The notes beneath the pieces were generated by a model. The model saw nothing but the letters and a program-made list of their open reading frames with translations. It was not told the origin of the DNA and did not search any database. DNA of 64,000 bases from an uncultured Methanoregulaceae archaeon (GTDB taxonomy: Archaea > Halobacteriota > Methanomicrobia > Methanomicrobiales > Methanospirillaceae): NCBI GenBank assembly GCA_963705255.1, contig OY970061.1, forward strand, positions 2,400,001-2,464,000, in the 5' to 3' direction. Made by a program: the position numbers and the translations under genes. Below are positions 62,975 to 64,000 of this stretch, in pieces; the stretch's first letter is position 1; each line of letters begins with the position of its first letter.

Positions 62975-63533
62975 ATGAGCCTACACAAAACAGTTGTCAT
63001 CCTGCTGGCACTGCTGCTGGCAGGGATAGCACTGGTACCGATAGTAAGTGCTGAAAGCAGCGATCTTGGTGTAACTACACAATATCTGTCCCCGGAAGAA
63101 GGGGCAAAGTTTACCGGAGCCAATCCTGCAAAGGACATAGGGGTTGGGGGCATGCTGAAGACGAAGACTGCTGTCAAATCGAATCCCGCAACATTTGCGG
63201 CAACTGAAGCACCTCACTGGAGTGCTTACACAGATCTTTGGAGAAACTGGTGGTCAGCAAGTCCCGTGTATTGTGATGCATATTCCCGTTCAAGAACCAG
63301 CTCAGGTTCAGCATATGATATCAATAAAATCGGCTTGCGAGAACGTGTCTGGAGAGATGGTTCACTCTACAATGACCAGACTGACACTCATTATAATTCT
63401 GCTGATGCACAAGTGAATTATCAGTACCTCGGCCGTGTATACCGGAGGAACATGGACCGCCCAATCCGATCACACCTTCGAACTTTCAGGGTATTCATCC
63501 TGGTATCCGGTTACAACCGATACCTTAACCTAA
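62975..63533 (+). CDS. Secreted hypothetical protein (probable frameshift near 63435)
   Basis: Signal peptide ending VSA; alternative frame YTGGTWTAQSDH...TLT gives a more plausible C-terminus. Confidence 0.65.
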
Positions 63534-63561
63534 TTTATTTTTTAATACTTGGTGGGAACAC

Positions 63562-64000
63562 ATGGAAAAAATAAAGGTACTTATTTATCCGGCTCTTTTT
63601 GGTTTTGCTATCATTCTTGTGACTATAGGTATTATGGGCGTCCCCAACGCGGAAAAATCCCCGCTTTGGGCGATGACATTGAATTCTTCAGACAATAATA
63701 CGACATATTCGACAACGTATAACAAGAATCAGGTTACGGAAAGTTTCGGTGTTAATATTTTCCCGGGTCCGGTAAAACAAAATGAGACTGCGCAAACGGC
63801 GTTAAGGACAATTGACTCAAATGAGTCATTTGAAGGATATCTTTGGGTAAACAATCAGATGACAAAGGGTAATGATTTTCTCATTTTCGGACTCTTGGAT
63901 TACCAGCAGATACCGTTTGAATTCAATAATTCGGGTACAAACGTTCACCACGTAATTCATATGGCTGCCTTCGAAGAATCCTTCTATCACTTCAGGATTC
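63562..64000 (+). CDS. Secreted/membrane-anchored hypothetical protein (3'-partial)
   Basis: N-terminal hydrophobic helix; frame open to the window end. Confidence 0.65.
   Translation, partial: MEKIKVLIYPALFGFAIILVTIGIMGVPNAEKSPLWAMTLNSSDNNTTYSTTYNKNQVTESFGVNIFPGPVKQNETAQTALRTIDSNESFEGYLWVNNQMTKGNDFLIFGLLDYQQIPFEFNNSGTNVHHVIHMAAFEESFYHFRI

Overview
Archaeal chromosomal window, most likely from a Methanomicrobiales methanogen (Methanoregula-like; inferred from gene content and surface-protein style). 1-26.9 kb is GC-rich core: an aksA-D-E-(unknown)-F 2-oxoacid elongation operon, msrB, surface proteins, nre-dinB, dCMP deaminase, a small coiled-coil operon, DEAD-box helicase and an Isf flavoprotein. 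26.9-64 kb is an accessory/defence region. Its centre (~34.05-51.0 kb) is a visibly AT-rich island encoding a non-canonical 7-deazaguanine DNA-modification system: dpdA fused to DUF6884, a second TGT, queC, a decayed queD and a nitrilase-fold gene. It lacks recognisable dpdB-K and instead carries NurA-HerA, two ATPase+partner pairs and a GHKL-nuclease fusion. The island is bracketed by inverted three-part modules (short conserved element + small DNA-binding gene + divergent ~125-nt base-paired RNA-like element). Both flanks are arrays of toxin-antitoxin/nuclease cargo separated by repeated small membrane-protein units. Many single-base frameshifts suggest an error-prone assembly. All family calls come from motif recognition by eye; no database searches were run.
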